Shown here one piece after another: positions 29,257 through 38,356 of a stretch of DNA of 44,906 nt. Position 1 is the stretch's first letter. Each line of letters starts with the position of its first letter. The stretch comes from Clostridia bacterium. GTDB lineage: Bacteria > Bacillota > Clostridia > UMGS1840. The notes under the pieces are model-generated. The model did no database searches. It saw nothing but the letters and a program-made list of their open reading frames with translations, and had not been told where the DNA came from. A program made the position numbers and the translations under genes. The stretch is from positions 1 through 44,906 of the forward strand of contig JAZNNT010000153.1 in the NCBI GenBank assembly GCA_045580405.1. The letters run 5' to 3'.

Positions 29257-29279
29257 AGCGGATATCAAAAGAAAAGCAA

Positions 29280-29724
29280 AGCCTTCTCCTTTGAGGAGAA
29301 GGGGGACCGCTTGCGGTGGATGCGGTGTTTTGGAATGAATCCATTTCAGAATCAAAAACTGACTGACAATGCAAAATCTCTACGGAAAGAGATGACCAAA
29401 GAAGAACGTCATCTTTGGTACGATTTTCTAAAAACATTACCTGTTACTGTCCATCGGCAAAAAGTCATTGGCGGTTATATTGTTGATTTTTATATTGCAT
29501 CATCCAAACTAGTGATTGAATTGGACGGAAGTCAACATTTTGAAGATGCAGGGAAAGCTCAGGATCTAAAAAGAGATTCCTATTTTGCAAAAATGGGAAT
29601 TACTGTTTTGCGGTATTCCAACTTAGATATGAAAAGAAATTTTAATGGTGTCTGTCAGCATATTTTAAGTCATTTAGACACCTCATCAGTCACTTCGTGA
29701 CAGCTTCCCCTCAAGGGGAAGCCT
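29280..29724 (+). mobile_element. 445-bp DUF559 cassette (copy 2)
   Basis: Same architecture and same length as copy 1. Confidence 0.6.
29335..29700 (+). CDS. DUF559-type (Vsr-fold endonuclease-like) protein, paralogue
   Basis: 121 aa. 2 differences from copy 1 in residues 1-71, 21 in residues 72-112, and the last 9 residues identical. Confidence 0.75.
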   Translation: MNPFQNQKLTDNAKSLRKEMTKEERHLWYDFLKTLPVTVHRQKVIGGYIVDFYIASSKLVIELDGSQHFEDAGKAQDLKRDSYFAKMGITVLRYSNLDMKRNFNGVCQHILSHLDTSSVTS

Positions 29725-29762
29725 TTCTCAGAAAATTAAATTCCAAAAAAGGAGTGTTTTTT

Positions 29763-30752
29763 ATGAATAAGTATATCGGACATCCTGGCCAGTTGGGCGG
29801 TGTGGAAGAGGTTACCTTAGCAAAAGGAAAAGGCAAGGGTATGAATCTTCTGCAGATTAAAAATACCAAAGGAGTGGACATCACCTTGGTTTGTGACAGA
29901 TGTATGGACATTTCCCGTCTGTCTTACAAAGGGGTAAACCTGGGTTGGTTTTCCCCGGCAGGCTATGTGTCCCCCGCCTTGTATGACGATGCCAAGGGCA
30001 GAGGATTCTTACAGAATTTTACCGCCGGCTTTATGACCACTTGCGGTCTCACTGCTGTTGGCGGTTCCTGTATGGACGACGGAGAAAGCACCCCCATGCA
30101 CGGCTTAATCAGTAATATCCCCTGCGATAGCTACAACTATTGGGAAACCGAGGACGAAATCATTGTGGAAGCAGTTGCTACCGAAGCATCCTTATTTGCT
30201 TGCCACACTCAGATGAAGCGTACTTATAAAATTTCCAAAACCGAAGACAAGGTAACCTTATCTGACACCATCACCAACATCGGTAACAAAACCGCACCCA
30301 GCCAAGTGCTCTATCATATCAATTTAGGATATCCTTTACTTTCCGAAAACGCAAAAGTGATGATTCCCGAAATTTCCAGCAAACCCACCGCAGATGCATT
30401 TATCCCCAAATATGACCAGCGAAAAGTGATGGAAAAGCCCCAGGCAGGCTTTTCGGAAGAATGCTATGTGTATGACGTGGCGGAAACTGACGGCAAAGCA
30501 AAAATCGGTATTTACAATCCCGATGTGAACGCAGGCTTCATCATGACGATGTCCAAAGAAACTCTCCCCTTCTTAACCGAATGGAAAATGATGGGCGAAT
30601 ATGAATATGTGCTGGGCTTAGAACCCGGTAACGCTTGGCCCTGCGGCAGAAAAGCCATGAGAGAAAACGGAGAATTAAAATTCTTAGAACCCGGCGAATC
30701 CATTACTACGGAAATTGTTTTGGAATTTACCGACAAAGATTTTGACCTCTAA
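29763..30752 (+). CDS. aldose-1-epimerase-like protein (DUF4432-like)
   Basis: 329 aa from ATG 29763 (AAGGAG RBS). The family call rests on my overall recollection of its sequence. Confidence 0.5.
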   Translation: MNKYIGHPGQLGGVEEVTLAKGKGKGMNLLQIKNTKGVDITLVCDRCMDISRLSYKGVNLGWFSPAGYVSPALYDDAKGRGFLQNFTAGFMTTCGLTAVGGSCMDDGESTPMHGLISNIPCDSYNYWETEDEIIVEAVATEASLFACHTQMKRTYKISKTEDKVTLSDTITNIGNKTAPSQVLYHINLGYPLLSENAKVMIPEISSKPTADAFIPKYDQRKVMEKPQAGFSEECYVYDVAETDGKAKIGIYNPDVNAGFIMTMSKETLPFLTEWKMMGEYEYVLGLEPGNAWPCGRKAMRENGELKFLEPGESITTEIVLEFTDKDFDL

Positions 30753-30755
30753 TAC

Positions 30756-31090
30756 GGCTTGTAAAAGCACACAGACCGCAAAAGGCATGGATTTTATTCC
30801 ATGTCTTTTTGTTTAAGGTGAAAATTTGTTGACACAAATTTTAATTATAATGCCTTTTGCTATTCGCAAACCTTACCACTCGGCGTACCAATGTACGCCT
30901 TCGGATAACCCTTCGGTTCGGTTTGTAAATTCTGTGCCCTTTTCCTGCACCTTAGGTGGTGGCGGTTTGACAAATGGCGCATAATGAATGAACCTCACCG
31001 CTCGCCGTACACGCGGTACGGCTTCGGGTAACCACCTTCGGTGTTCGGTTTCTTCATTCTGCATCCATTTTTCTTCGCCTTACGGTATCA
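30756..31090 (+). repeat. composite 3'-end repeat: head, hairpin, A/T palindrome and two tandem units
   Basis: GGCTTGTAAAAGCACACAGACCGCAAAA. Hairpin at 30784-30805. Palindrome AAAATTTGT-tgac-ACAAATTTT at 30821-30842. Units at about 30871-30965 and 30966-31090. Confidence 0.8.
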
Positions 31091-31103
31091 AAATATTTAT
31101 AAA

Positions 31104-31142
31104 CGAGAAAACGGTATGGAAATTCCATACCGTTTTCTTCTT
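31104..31142 (+). terminator. intrinsic terminator
   Basis: Hairpin GAAAACGGTATGGAA-a-TTCCATACCGTTTTC followed by TTCTT. Confidence 0.7.
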
Positions 31143-31199
31143 GTCGATTTGTGTGGCAGTTTCAGCATACCATTCTTTTAAATAATTGTCAAGGAAAAC

Positions 31200-31232
31200 A
31201 AAAAATGAGATTCATTATGAATCTCATTTTTT
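31200..31232. terminator. bidirectional terminator overlapping the trmB stop
   Basis: Hairpin TGAGATTC-attat-GAATCTCA flanked by A6 and T6. Confidence 0.65.
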
Positions 31233-31895
31233 GTTTTCTGTTTTGAATTTTGCCACTAGTTTTTGAATGGGGTATCCCATTCCTGAAAATCTTGTTTCGT
31301 ATTCCGTCATAATATTGCCTTCGGGATACTCTTTATGTAAATCAAAGGTTAAAAGGAGCCATTGCATCCCGTATTCCTTAGTTTCCAACAGCGAAAAACG
31401 GAACAGGCGCACGTTATCGGTCTTAAAATGAAGCTCCCCGCCATCTGCCAGCACGGTTTCGTATTTCTTTAAAAACAGCTTATGGGTTAAGCGTTTTCTT
31501 CTGTGGCGGCCTTTGGGCCAGGGATCGGAAAAGTTTAAGTAAATCCGTTCAATGCTGCCCGGTGCAAACATGGAATCTAAAAGGTTTGCATCTAAGTTAG
31601 CAAAACGAAGATTAAAAAGTCCCTCGGATTTCGTTGCTGCAATGGCAATCACGTCGGCGCATTTTTCAAATGCAATGTAGTTAATATCAGGGTTTTGCTT
31701 TGCCAAAGTGGTGATAAAATCGCCTTTCCCCGCTCCAATCTCTATGTGAACGGGATTGTCGTTTCCAAAAATTTTTTGGCAGTCAATAAATTCTGCTTTC
31801 ACTTCGGTATCCGTAGCAATATCGGAAAAATCCAGGAAAAAGTCTTTATAAAATTCCAAACGCTTGGGCGTGTTTTTCTTTTTTCGTAACCGCAT
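31224..31895 (-). CDS. trmB: tRNA (guanine46-N7)-methyltransferase
   Basis: SAM motif ..HIEIGAGKGDF.. and ..NFSDPWPK... Start at ATG 31895 (MRLRKKKN). Confidence 0.85.
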   Translation of the reverse strand: MRLRKKKNTPKRLEFYKDFFLDFSDIATDTEVKAEFIDCQKIFGNDNPVHIEIGAGKGDFITTLAKQNPDINYIAFEKCADVIAIAATKSEGLFNLRFANLDANLLDSMFAPGSIERIYLNFSDPWPKGRHRRKRLTHKLFLKKYETVLADGGELHFKTDNVRLFRFSLLETKEYGMQWLLLTFDLHKEYPEGNIMTEYETRFSGMGYPIQKLVAKFKTENKK

Positions 31896-32170
31896 AGTAA
31901 AAAATTCCTTTTCTATTGTGATGCAAAGATCTCCCCGACCAGAAGCTGATGGGGGATTTTGCACTGATGTTTTTATGAATTGGAGTTCCTCCATGAATTG
32001 TTGCATCGGCAACATGATTTGAATTGCTTTTTCATGAAATCTTTGATTTCAATTCATGCCGAAGGCAATTCATTGATTTCATCCTTGATGAAATCATTCT
32101 ATCATATGCAATAAAAAATTACAAGTAATTCTCCCAAAAAAGTCGTGTCTTGTTTTGTTACCGTTACTTT

Positions 32171-32177
32171 TGTCGAA
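32171..32177 (+). promoter_or_regulatory. Spo0A box upstream of spoIIE
   Basis: Perfect TGTCGAA. A second near-match, TGTCGGG, lies on the minus strand at 32202-32208. Confidence 0.4.
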
Positions 32178-32283
32178 AAGATTTTCAAATTTCTGCATAC
32201 TCCCGACAGATTGCAACACCTTTTTCATAAAACCTGTGTTATACTGATAAAAATTGGAAAAAATTGGAAAAGGAGTGACTGCC

Positions 32284-34638
32284 GTGAGTCTGCTCACCCA
32301 GCTAAAAGAAACCGTGCAAAAAACCAAACGGGAGAAACAACCAAACCAGCTGACCAAACTAAAAAAACCAAAAAAACCCAAAAAAACAAGAAAAGAAAAA
32401 AACCGAAAAAACTTGCTTTGGCAGGTTTTGGGAGGACTCTTACATTTCTTTTTATCCTTCTTCTTAAGTCGGACAAGCCTGTTTTTCGGAATGGCACCTT
32501 TTGGAGGTGCAATCCTTCTGGCAACGGGCGGAAGTGTTGCCTCTTATATGGGAGCAATGCTTGGAAGCTACACCCTTGGGGGTTATGACACCATGGGCGC
32601 ACTGACCGCTTGCTTTCTTTTAAAAAAACTGATACCGGCAGAACGGTGGGACCCCCTTTTGCTGTTTGTCTCGTTTGGGAGCGTGTTTGCAGCAATGCTG
32701 CTCGGTTCTTCTCCCTTACCGCAGGATGTCATTGTAAAAGCCATTTCCCTACTGCTCACATTGGCATCCTATTACATATTAAAAAAGGCATATCGAGCCC
32801 AGTTTGTGAAATCACCCCAATTAAAATTTACCAAGGACGAAGGGTACTGTTCTATATTTTTATTGTTTGCCCTGCTTTCCGGCATCCGTTCAGAAACGGT
32901 AGTTTTTTTGGTAAGGTTTCATGATGTCCTCACTTTTTTCGTGATTGCCCGTGCCGCCTACAGCTTTGGCATTGGCGGAGGAGCCGCAGCAGGAGCTATT
33001 TTGGGAATACTTTCGGGACGAACGGCGGAGTTTGCCACCCTTTCTATGTCGGTGTATTCCCTCTTCGGCTTTTTTACGGGGATTTTTGCCAAGTTTAATA
33101 AGTTTACCGCCTTGTTAGGATTTTTGTTTTCCTATGTGTTTGCTGCCGCCTACTTTCCGCAAACGGCAAACATTGTTTCCCATCAGGATATTCTTTGGGC
33201 GGGGCTTTTGTTTTTGCTCTCCCCTGACGGACTGATGGAGCCTTACTTAGACCGCTATCGGGAGGGGACTCCCGTGGCAGACAGAGTGGCAGCAGAAAAT
33301 CAGATTACCATCGGCAGATTAGACCGTCTTGCCAAGTCATTTTCGGGATTATCCGTACAAATCGGTCGTCAGGAAAAACAGTTTTGGAATTTGTCTTCTG
33401 TCAGCGAGCAAACTCTTTATGATTTTGTGGGAGACAGACTTTGTCGGGGCTGCAGTTTAAAGCGTGCCTGTTGGCAGGAGCATTTTGCCGAAACCTCCGA
33501 AGGGTTAACGGCAGGAATGAACCGCTTGGTAAAAGGCGGAGCCTTGTCTAAAAAACATCTGCCGGAAGGAATACGGAATCGGTGTGTCAGAGGGGACAAG
33601 CTCATAGAAACTCTGACGGGCTTTTTTGAGATTTCCCGGCTAAATGCTTTCTGGAAACACCGTCTCTCGGAAAACACTCATGCCTTTCGGGAACAGTTTT
33701 TAGAGCTTTCGGACATTATCTGTCAGCTTAAGCGCAATATGGAAACCAACCGTTATTTTGATGCACCCTTATCTGCAGAGCTATACAGTGCATTGGGAAA
33801 TGAGGGGTATCTGATTCGTGAGGCATCTGTGTTCCATTCGGCAGAGGACCAGTATTTGGTAAAGCTGGGGATGTCTCCCTGTAAACACGGGGAAAACTGT
33901 TTTCCCACCGTGGAAAAAATTGCTACCGAGCTTTTGGGAGTTCCCATGACGGTGACCGAAGGCTCCTGCGGACGCAGGCTTTGCAATTTACTGTTAAGTG
34001 AGGGCGATTTGGGAACCGTGGAACAACGGATTCAAAGCTTTTCCAAAAAAGAGGGAGACCCATCGGGAGATAGCCATATTATTTCCCGTTTGAGCCGTCA
34101 CCGTTATTTAATGGCACTCTCCGACGGGATGGGAACCGGAAAGAAAGCGGAAGCGGTATCCTCCTCGGTGGTAACGCTGCTGGACGAAATGCTTCGGGCA
34201 GGTTTTTCAGAGACCTCTGCCTTTTCCATGCTCAATTCCTTTTTAATTGCATCTTCTTCTGCTTCTGCCACGTTGGACTTTGCCATTGTGGATTTAAAAA
34301 AAATGACGGCAACCGTTTTAAAAACAGGTGCCTGCCCCACTTATTTAAAGCGGGGGGATGAGGTGATTGCTGTGGGAGAGGATTCCCTGCCGGCAGGGAT
34401 CCGTCCGAAAAAACCGTATCAGAAAACGCTCCACCTATGTGATGGGGATATGCTCTTTTTCATTTCAGACGGTGTGGCAGATGCCCTCCCCGGGGAAGAC
34501 TGGGTGTATGGAGCCCTGCATAAATATCCTTCTGCCAATCTTTCAGAAAACGTGGACTACCTGGCATCGGTTGCCTACGAGGCAAGCCGGGAAGCTCCCG
34601 ATGACATTACGGTGCTTGGACTGAAAATTTTGCCATAG
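32284..34638 (+). CDS. spoIIE: stage II sporulation protein E (membrane PP2C phosphatase)
   Basis: Polytopic N-terminal half and C-terminal PP2C (..ALSDGMGTGKKA.., ..FFISDGV.., ..DDITVLG..). GTG 32284 lies 8 nt after AGGAG. Confidence 0.85.
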   Translation: MSLLTQLKETVQKTKREKQPNQLTKLKKPKKPKKTRKEKNRKNLLWQVLGGLLHFFLSFFLSRTSLFFGMAPFGGAILLATGGSVASYMGAMLGSYTLGGYDTMGALTACFLLKKLIPAERWDPLLLFVSFGSVFAAMLLGSSPLPQDVIVKAISLLLTLASYYILKKAYRAQFVKSPQLKFTKDEGYCSIFLLFALLSGIRSETVVFLVRFHDVLTFFVIARAAYSFGIGGGAAAGAILGILSGRTAEFATLSMSVYSLFGFFTGIFAKFNKFTALLGFLFSYVFAAAYFPQTANIVSHQDILWAGLLFLLSPDGLMEPYLDRYREGTPVADRVAAENQITIGRLDRLAKSFSGLSVQIGRQEKQFWNLSSVSEQTLYDFVGDRLCRGCSLKRACWQEHFAETSEGLTAGMNRLVKGGALSKKHLPEGIRNRCVRGDKLIETLTGFFEISRLNAFWKHRLSENTHAFREQFLELSDIICQLKRNMETNRYFDAPLSAELYSALGNEGYLIREASVFHSAEDQYLVKLGMSPCKHGENCFPTVEKIATELLGVPMTVTEGSCGRRLCNLLLSEGDLGTVEQRIQSFSKKEGDPSGDSHIISRLSRHRYLMALSDGMGTGKKAEAVSSSVVTLLDEMLRAGFSETSAFSMLNSFLIASSSASATLDFAIVDLKKMTATVLKTGACPTYLKRGDEVIAVGEDSLPAGIRPKKPYQKTLHLCDGDMLFFISDGVADALPGEDWVYGALHKYPSANLSENVDYLASVAYEASREAPDDITVLGLKILP

Positions 34639-34732
34639 GTAAAATAGTGAAGCATGAAAAACTATCGCGGCAGCAAAAGCCTGCATCATAGTTATGCACC
34701 ATAGGGCGCCTCCTCATTGATTCACTGTTCAT

Positions 34733-34772
34733 AAAAAAAGACTGCAAAAGCTAACAGCCTTGCAGTCTTTTT
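34733..34772. terminator. bidirectional terminator between spoIIE and ireB
   Basis: Hairpin GACTGCAA-12 nt-TTGCAGTC flanked by A7 and T4. Confidence 0.65.
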
Positions 34773-34777
34773 ACCTT

Positions 34778-35017
34778 TTAATTTAAATAGGAGCGGAACA
34801 GTTCTTCCAAAATGTCATCCCGTTCCAAACGGCCAATCATGGTTCTTGCACCATTATGGCTGGTAATATAGGTGGGGTCCCCCGAAAGCACGTAGCCCAC
34901 CAGCTGATTGATGGGATTATAGCCCTTTTCCTTCAGAGCCGCATACACAAAATGCAAAATCTCATGAATATTTTTTTCGTCCTCTCTGGGAATCTGCACC
35001 ATTCTGGTTTCGCTCAT
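34778..35017 (-). CDS. ireB: IreB-family regulatory phosphoprotein (UPF0297)
   Basis: 79 aa. ..[31 protein letters not shown].. is family-typical. Confidence 0.8.
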   Translation of the reverse strand: MSETRMVQIPREDEKNIHEILHFVYAALKEKGYNPINQLVGYVLSGDPTYITSHNGARTMIGRLERDDILEELFRSYLN

Positions 35018-35187
35018 GGGAATCCTTCCTTTCTGTTTTTTCTTGAATTGAATTGTATTATACCACATTTTTTTAGAGATTTCAACTGTTTTTGCATATT
35101 TTTTTTGCAGGTAGGGTATGAATTTGCGCTTTATTGGTCACACTTTTGGAATCATAAAAAAATTTTCAAGAAAAATTACCAAAAAAC

Positions 35188-35216
35188 TTGATTTTTGGAA
35201 AAAGGTATGCTATAAT
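35188..35216 (+). promoter_or_regulatory. sigma-A promoter of rpsB-tsf
   Basis: TTGATT, a 17-nt spacer, then TGc-TATAAT. Confidence 0.6.
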
Positions 35217-35350
35217 ATTCGAGAATTCGCACGCGCCCTTATACAAACCCGGTGACAAAGTTAAATTTTTTCATGGCTTTGTTCGTTTGTAAGTATTGCA
35301 TTTTAAAGGCTTTACGCGGCGCCGAGGAACAACCAGAAAGGAATTTTATC

Positions 35351-36082
35351 ATGAGCAACGTAATCTCCATGAAACAATTACTCGAAGCAGGCGTTCACTT
35401 CGGTCATCAGACCAGAAGATGGAACCCCAAAATGGCTCCGTACATCTTCACCGAAAGAAACGGAATCTACATCATCGACCTGCAGAAAACTCTGAAAAAA
35501 GTAGAAGAAGCTTACTACTTTGTTAGAGATATCGCAGCAGAAGGTGGCGAAATCCTGTTTGTCGGTACCAAAAAACAGGCTGCAGACGCTGTAAAAGCAG
35601 AAGCAGAAAGAATCGGTATGTACTATGTAAACGCAAGATGGTTAGGCGGAATGCTGACCAACTTCAAAACTATCCGCAGAAGAATTGACAGACTCTTCCA
35701 GTTAAACAAAATGGAAGAAGACGGCACCTTTGATTTACTTCCCAAAAAAGAAGTTATCAAATTAAACTTAGAAAGAGAAAAATTAGAAAAATACCTGGGC
35801 GGTATCAAAAACATGAAAAAGCTCCCCAGCGTTCTGTTTGTTGTTGACCCCAGAAAAGAAAGAAACGCAATCTTAGAAGCAAAAAAACTGCACATTCCCG
35901 TTGTTGCAATTGTTGATACCAACTGTGACCCCGATGAAGTGGATTACGTAATCCCCGGTAACGACGATGCAATCCGTGCCGTAAAACTGATTGCTGAAAC
36001 CATGGCAAACGCTATGATCGAAGGCAAAGAAGGTTCTGCTCAGGCAATGGAAGAAGAAACCGACGAAGCTGCAGCTGAATAA
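35351..36082 (+). CDS. rpsB: 30S ribosomal protein S2
   Basis: [22 protein letters not shown]. Start at ATG 35351. Confidence 0.95.
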   Translation: MSNVISMKQLLEAGVHFGHQTRRWNPKMAPYIFTERNGIYIIDLQKTLKKVEEAYYFVRDIAAEGGEILFVGTKKQAADAVKAEAERIGMYYVNARWLGGMLTNFKTIRRRIDRLFQLNKMEEDGTFDLLPKKEVIKLNLEREKLEKYLGGIKNMKKLPSVLFVVDPRKERNAILEAKKLHIPVVAIVDTNCDPDEVDYVIPGNDDAIRAVKLIAETMANAMIEGKEGSAQAMEEETDEAAAE

Positions 36083-36160
36083 TTAGAAACTGATTTTAAG
36101 AAAATAGGCAACAGTTCGCTTGCCTATTTTCCATATCATAAAGAAAAGGAGAATTTAATT

Positions 36161-37048
36161 ATGGTTACACCTCAGATGGTTAAAGAATTAAGAGAAATCA
36201 CCGGTTGCGGTATGATGGATTGTAAAAAAGCATTATCCGAAACCAATGGCGATATGGACAAAGCAGTTGAATTTTTAAGAGAAAAAGGCTTGGCAGCTGC
36301 TGCGAAAAAAGCAGGCAGAATTGCTGCAGAAGGTATTGTTTCCGACTTCACCTGTGACGGTGTTGGCGTTATCATCGAAGTAAACTCCGAAACTGACTTC
36401 GTTGGTAAAAATGCAGATTTCCAGACCTTTGTAAAAGATTTGGCTGAAATCGTTGCAAAAGAAAATCCCGCTGATGTTGCTGCATTATTAACCTTAGCAT
36501 ACAAAGATTCCGGTATGAGCGTTGAAGAAATGTTAAGAGATAAAATCTTAACCATCGGCGAAAATATGACCATCAGAAGATTTGAAAGATACGAAGGTGC
36601 TGTTGCAACCTATATCCATGGCGGCGGCAGAATCGGTGTTATGGTTCAGGCTGAAAATGCATTAGACGGCGATGCTTATGAAGCAGCTCGTGACGCAGCA
36701 ATGCAGATTGCAGCAATCAACCCCACCTATTTAGATAAATCCACCGTTCCCCAGGAAGACGTTGAAAAAGAAAAGAAAATTTTAATCGAACAGATTAAAA
36801 ACGATCCCAAATCCGCAGGCAAACCCGACCAGATTATTGAAAAAATGGTAATGGGCAGAATTTCCAAATTCTACACCTTAAACTGCTTAAACCAGCAGGA
36901 ATTTGTAAAAGATTCCGACAAAACCGTGGAACAGTATCTGTCTTCCAAAGGCGTAAAATTAGTAAAATTTGTTCGTTTTGAAAAAGGCGAAGGCTTAGAA
37001 AAGAAAGTTGACAACTTTGCAGAAGAAGTTGCAAATATGTCCAAATAA
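36161..37048 (+). CDS. tsf: elongation factor Ts
   Basis: VKELREITGCGMMDCKKAL (UBA-like N-terminus). Confidence 0.95.
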   Translation: MVTPQMVKELREITGCGMMDCKKALSETNGDMDKAVEFLREKGLAAAAKKAGRIAAEGIVSDFTCDGVGVIIEVNSETDFVGKNADFQTFVKDLAEIVAKENPADVAALLTLAYKDSGMSVEEMLRDKILTIGENMTIRRFERYEGAVATYIHGGGRIGVMVQAENALDGDAYEAARDAAMQIAAINPTYLDKSTVPQEDVEKEKKILIEQIKNDPKSAGKPDQIIEKMVMGRISKFYTLNCLNQQEFVKDSDKTVEQYLSSKGVKLVKFVRFEKGEGLEKKVDNFAEEVANMSK

Positions 37049-37060
37049 TTATTGAACTAA

Positions 37061-37100
37061 AAAAATGGCAAGCACCAACTTCTGATGCTTGCCATTTTTA
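37061..37100 (+). terminator. intrinsic terminator after tsf
   Basis: Hairpin AATGGCAAGCA-11 nt-TGCTTGCCATT followed by TTT. Confidence 0.75.
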
Positions 37101-37234
37101 CGGCACCCATCGGGTGTTCTTCCCGTCTTCGGCGGATGTTCTCTTAAAACGATTGTGAGGACAAGCTAAAAAGGAAAAGAATGTTGTTTGTTTCAAACAG
37201 TGAAATATAGTATGAATAGAGAGGAGCAAAGAAT

Positions 37235-37939
37235 ATGCAACCGATTTATAAAAGAGTATTGTTAAAAATCAGCGGTGAAGCCTTAGCAGGGGAAAACGGC
37301 TTCGGCTTGGATTTTAATGTGATTGGTAACATTGGCAAACAGGTAAAAAAATGCGTATCCATGGGTGTTCAGGTAGCCATCGTAGTAGGTGGCGGTAACT
37401 TCTGGAGAGGCAGAACCGGCGAAAATATGGACAGAACCCGTGCAGACCATATGGGCATGCTGGCAACTGCCATCAACTCCTTAGCCATTGCAGATTCTCT
37501 GGAAGCCTTGGGTGTTCAGGCAAGAGTGCAGACCGCCATTGATATGCGTCAGATTGCAGAACCCTATATCCGTGGCAGAGCAGAACGCCATTTGGATAAA
37601 GGCAGAGTTGTTATCTTCGGTTGCGGCACCGGGAACCCCTACTTCTCCACCGATACCGCAGCAGCTCTTCGTGCCGCAGAAATCGGTGCAGACGTGATTT
37701 TACTTGCCAAAAAAGTGGATGCTGTGTACGATTCCGACCCGGCAAAAAATCCCGATGCCAAAAAATTCGATACCATTTCCTATATTGATGTGTTAAACCG
37801 TGGACTGGGCGTGATGGATTCCACCGCAACCTCTTTATGTATGGATAATAAAATTCCGATTCACGTGTTTGGTCTTAGTGAACCGGAGAATATTGTAAAG
37901 GCAATTACCGGCGAAACTATCGGCACTTTAGTGAAATAG
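37235..37939 (+). CDS. pyrH: UMP kinase
   Basis: [13 protein letters not shown].. and ..[10 protein letters not shown]... Confidence 0.95.
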   Translation: MQPIYKRVLLKISGEALAGENGFGLDFNVIGNIGKQVKKCVSMGVQVAIVVGGGNFWRGRTGENMDRTRADHMGMLATAINSLAIADSLEALGVQARVQTAIDMRQIAEPYIRGRAERHLDKGRVVIFGCGTGNPYFSTDTAAALRAAEIGADVILLAKKVDAVYDSDPAKNPDAKKFDTISYIDVLNRGLGVMDSTATSLCMDNKIPIHVFGLSEPENIVKAITGETIGTLVK

Positions 37940-37940
37940 C

Positions 37941-38310
37941 GGCTTGTAAAAGAACACAGACCACAAAAAAGCAACATTTTTTATAGCCTTCCCCTTGAGG
38001 GGAAGGTGGCAAAACCGTAGGTTTTGACGGATGAGGTGTCATTTTTCAAAGTGAAAATTGTTTACAACAATTTTAGATTGTAATTGCTTTTTTGTTACGA
38101 ACAAACTTCACCTCTCGGCGTACCGTCGTACGCCTTCGGGTAAACCCTACGGGTTCAGTTTGTCCGTTCTGTGCCCTTTTCCTGCACCTTAGGTAGAGGA
38201 GAACCAAACAAACGCTCCGCCCCCAACGATGCGGGGTAACCACCCGTTGGGTGTTCGGTTTCCGAATTCTGCATCCATTTCTCATCACCTTAGGTTAAGA
38301 GAACTCGAGA
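37941..38310 (+). repeat. composite 3'-end repeat: head, solo DUF559-type 5' terminus (37985-38039), A/T palindrome and two tandem units
   Basis: Same module order as 30756-31090, with the terminus variant inserted. The palindrome AAAATTGTT-tac-AACAATTTT (38054-38074) differs from the other copy but stays self-complementary. Confidence 0.8.
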
Positions 38311-38356
38311 AACAATTTTGTAGATTCATTCTAATTAGGTAGCGGGAACCGAAAAA

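Noticed and set aside
30826-30850. TTGACA...TATAAT inside the composite repeat, considered as a promoter.
   Set aside because: The spacer is only 11 nt. TTGACA forms the loop region of the A/T palindrome, and the equivalent position in the 38054-38085 copy lacks both hexamers.
30873-31064. 63-aa minus ORF here and a 71-aa minus ORF at 38073-38288, both inside the repeat units.
   Set aside because: They are antisense translations of hairpin-rich repeats. The two 'proteins' are not colinear despite the DNA homology, and they are R/P/W-rich.
32145-32695. ORFs 32145-32588 (+) and 32294-32695 (-) overlapping the spoIIE 5' end.
   Set aside because: They are alternative-frame readings of the A-rich lysine tract of spoIIE and have no independent support.
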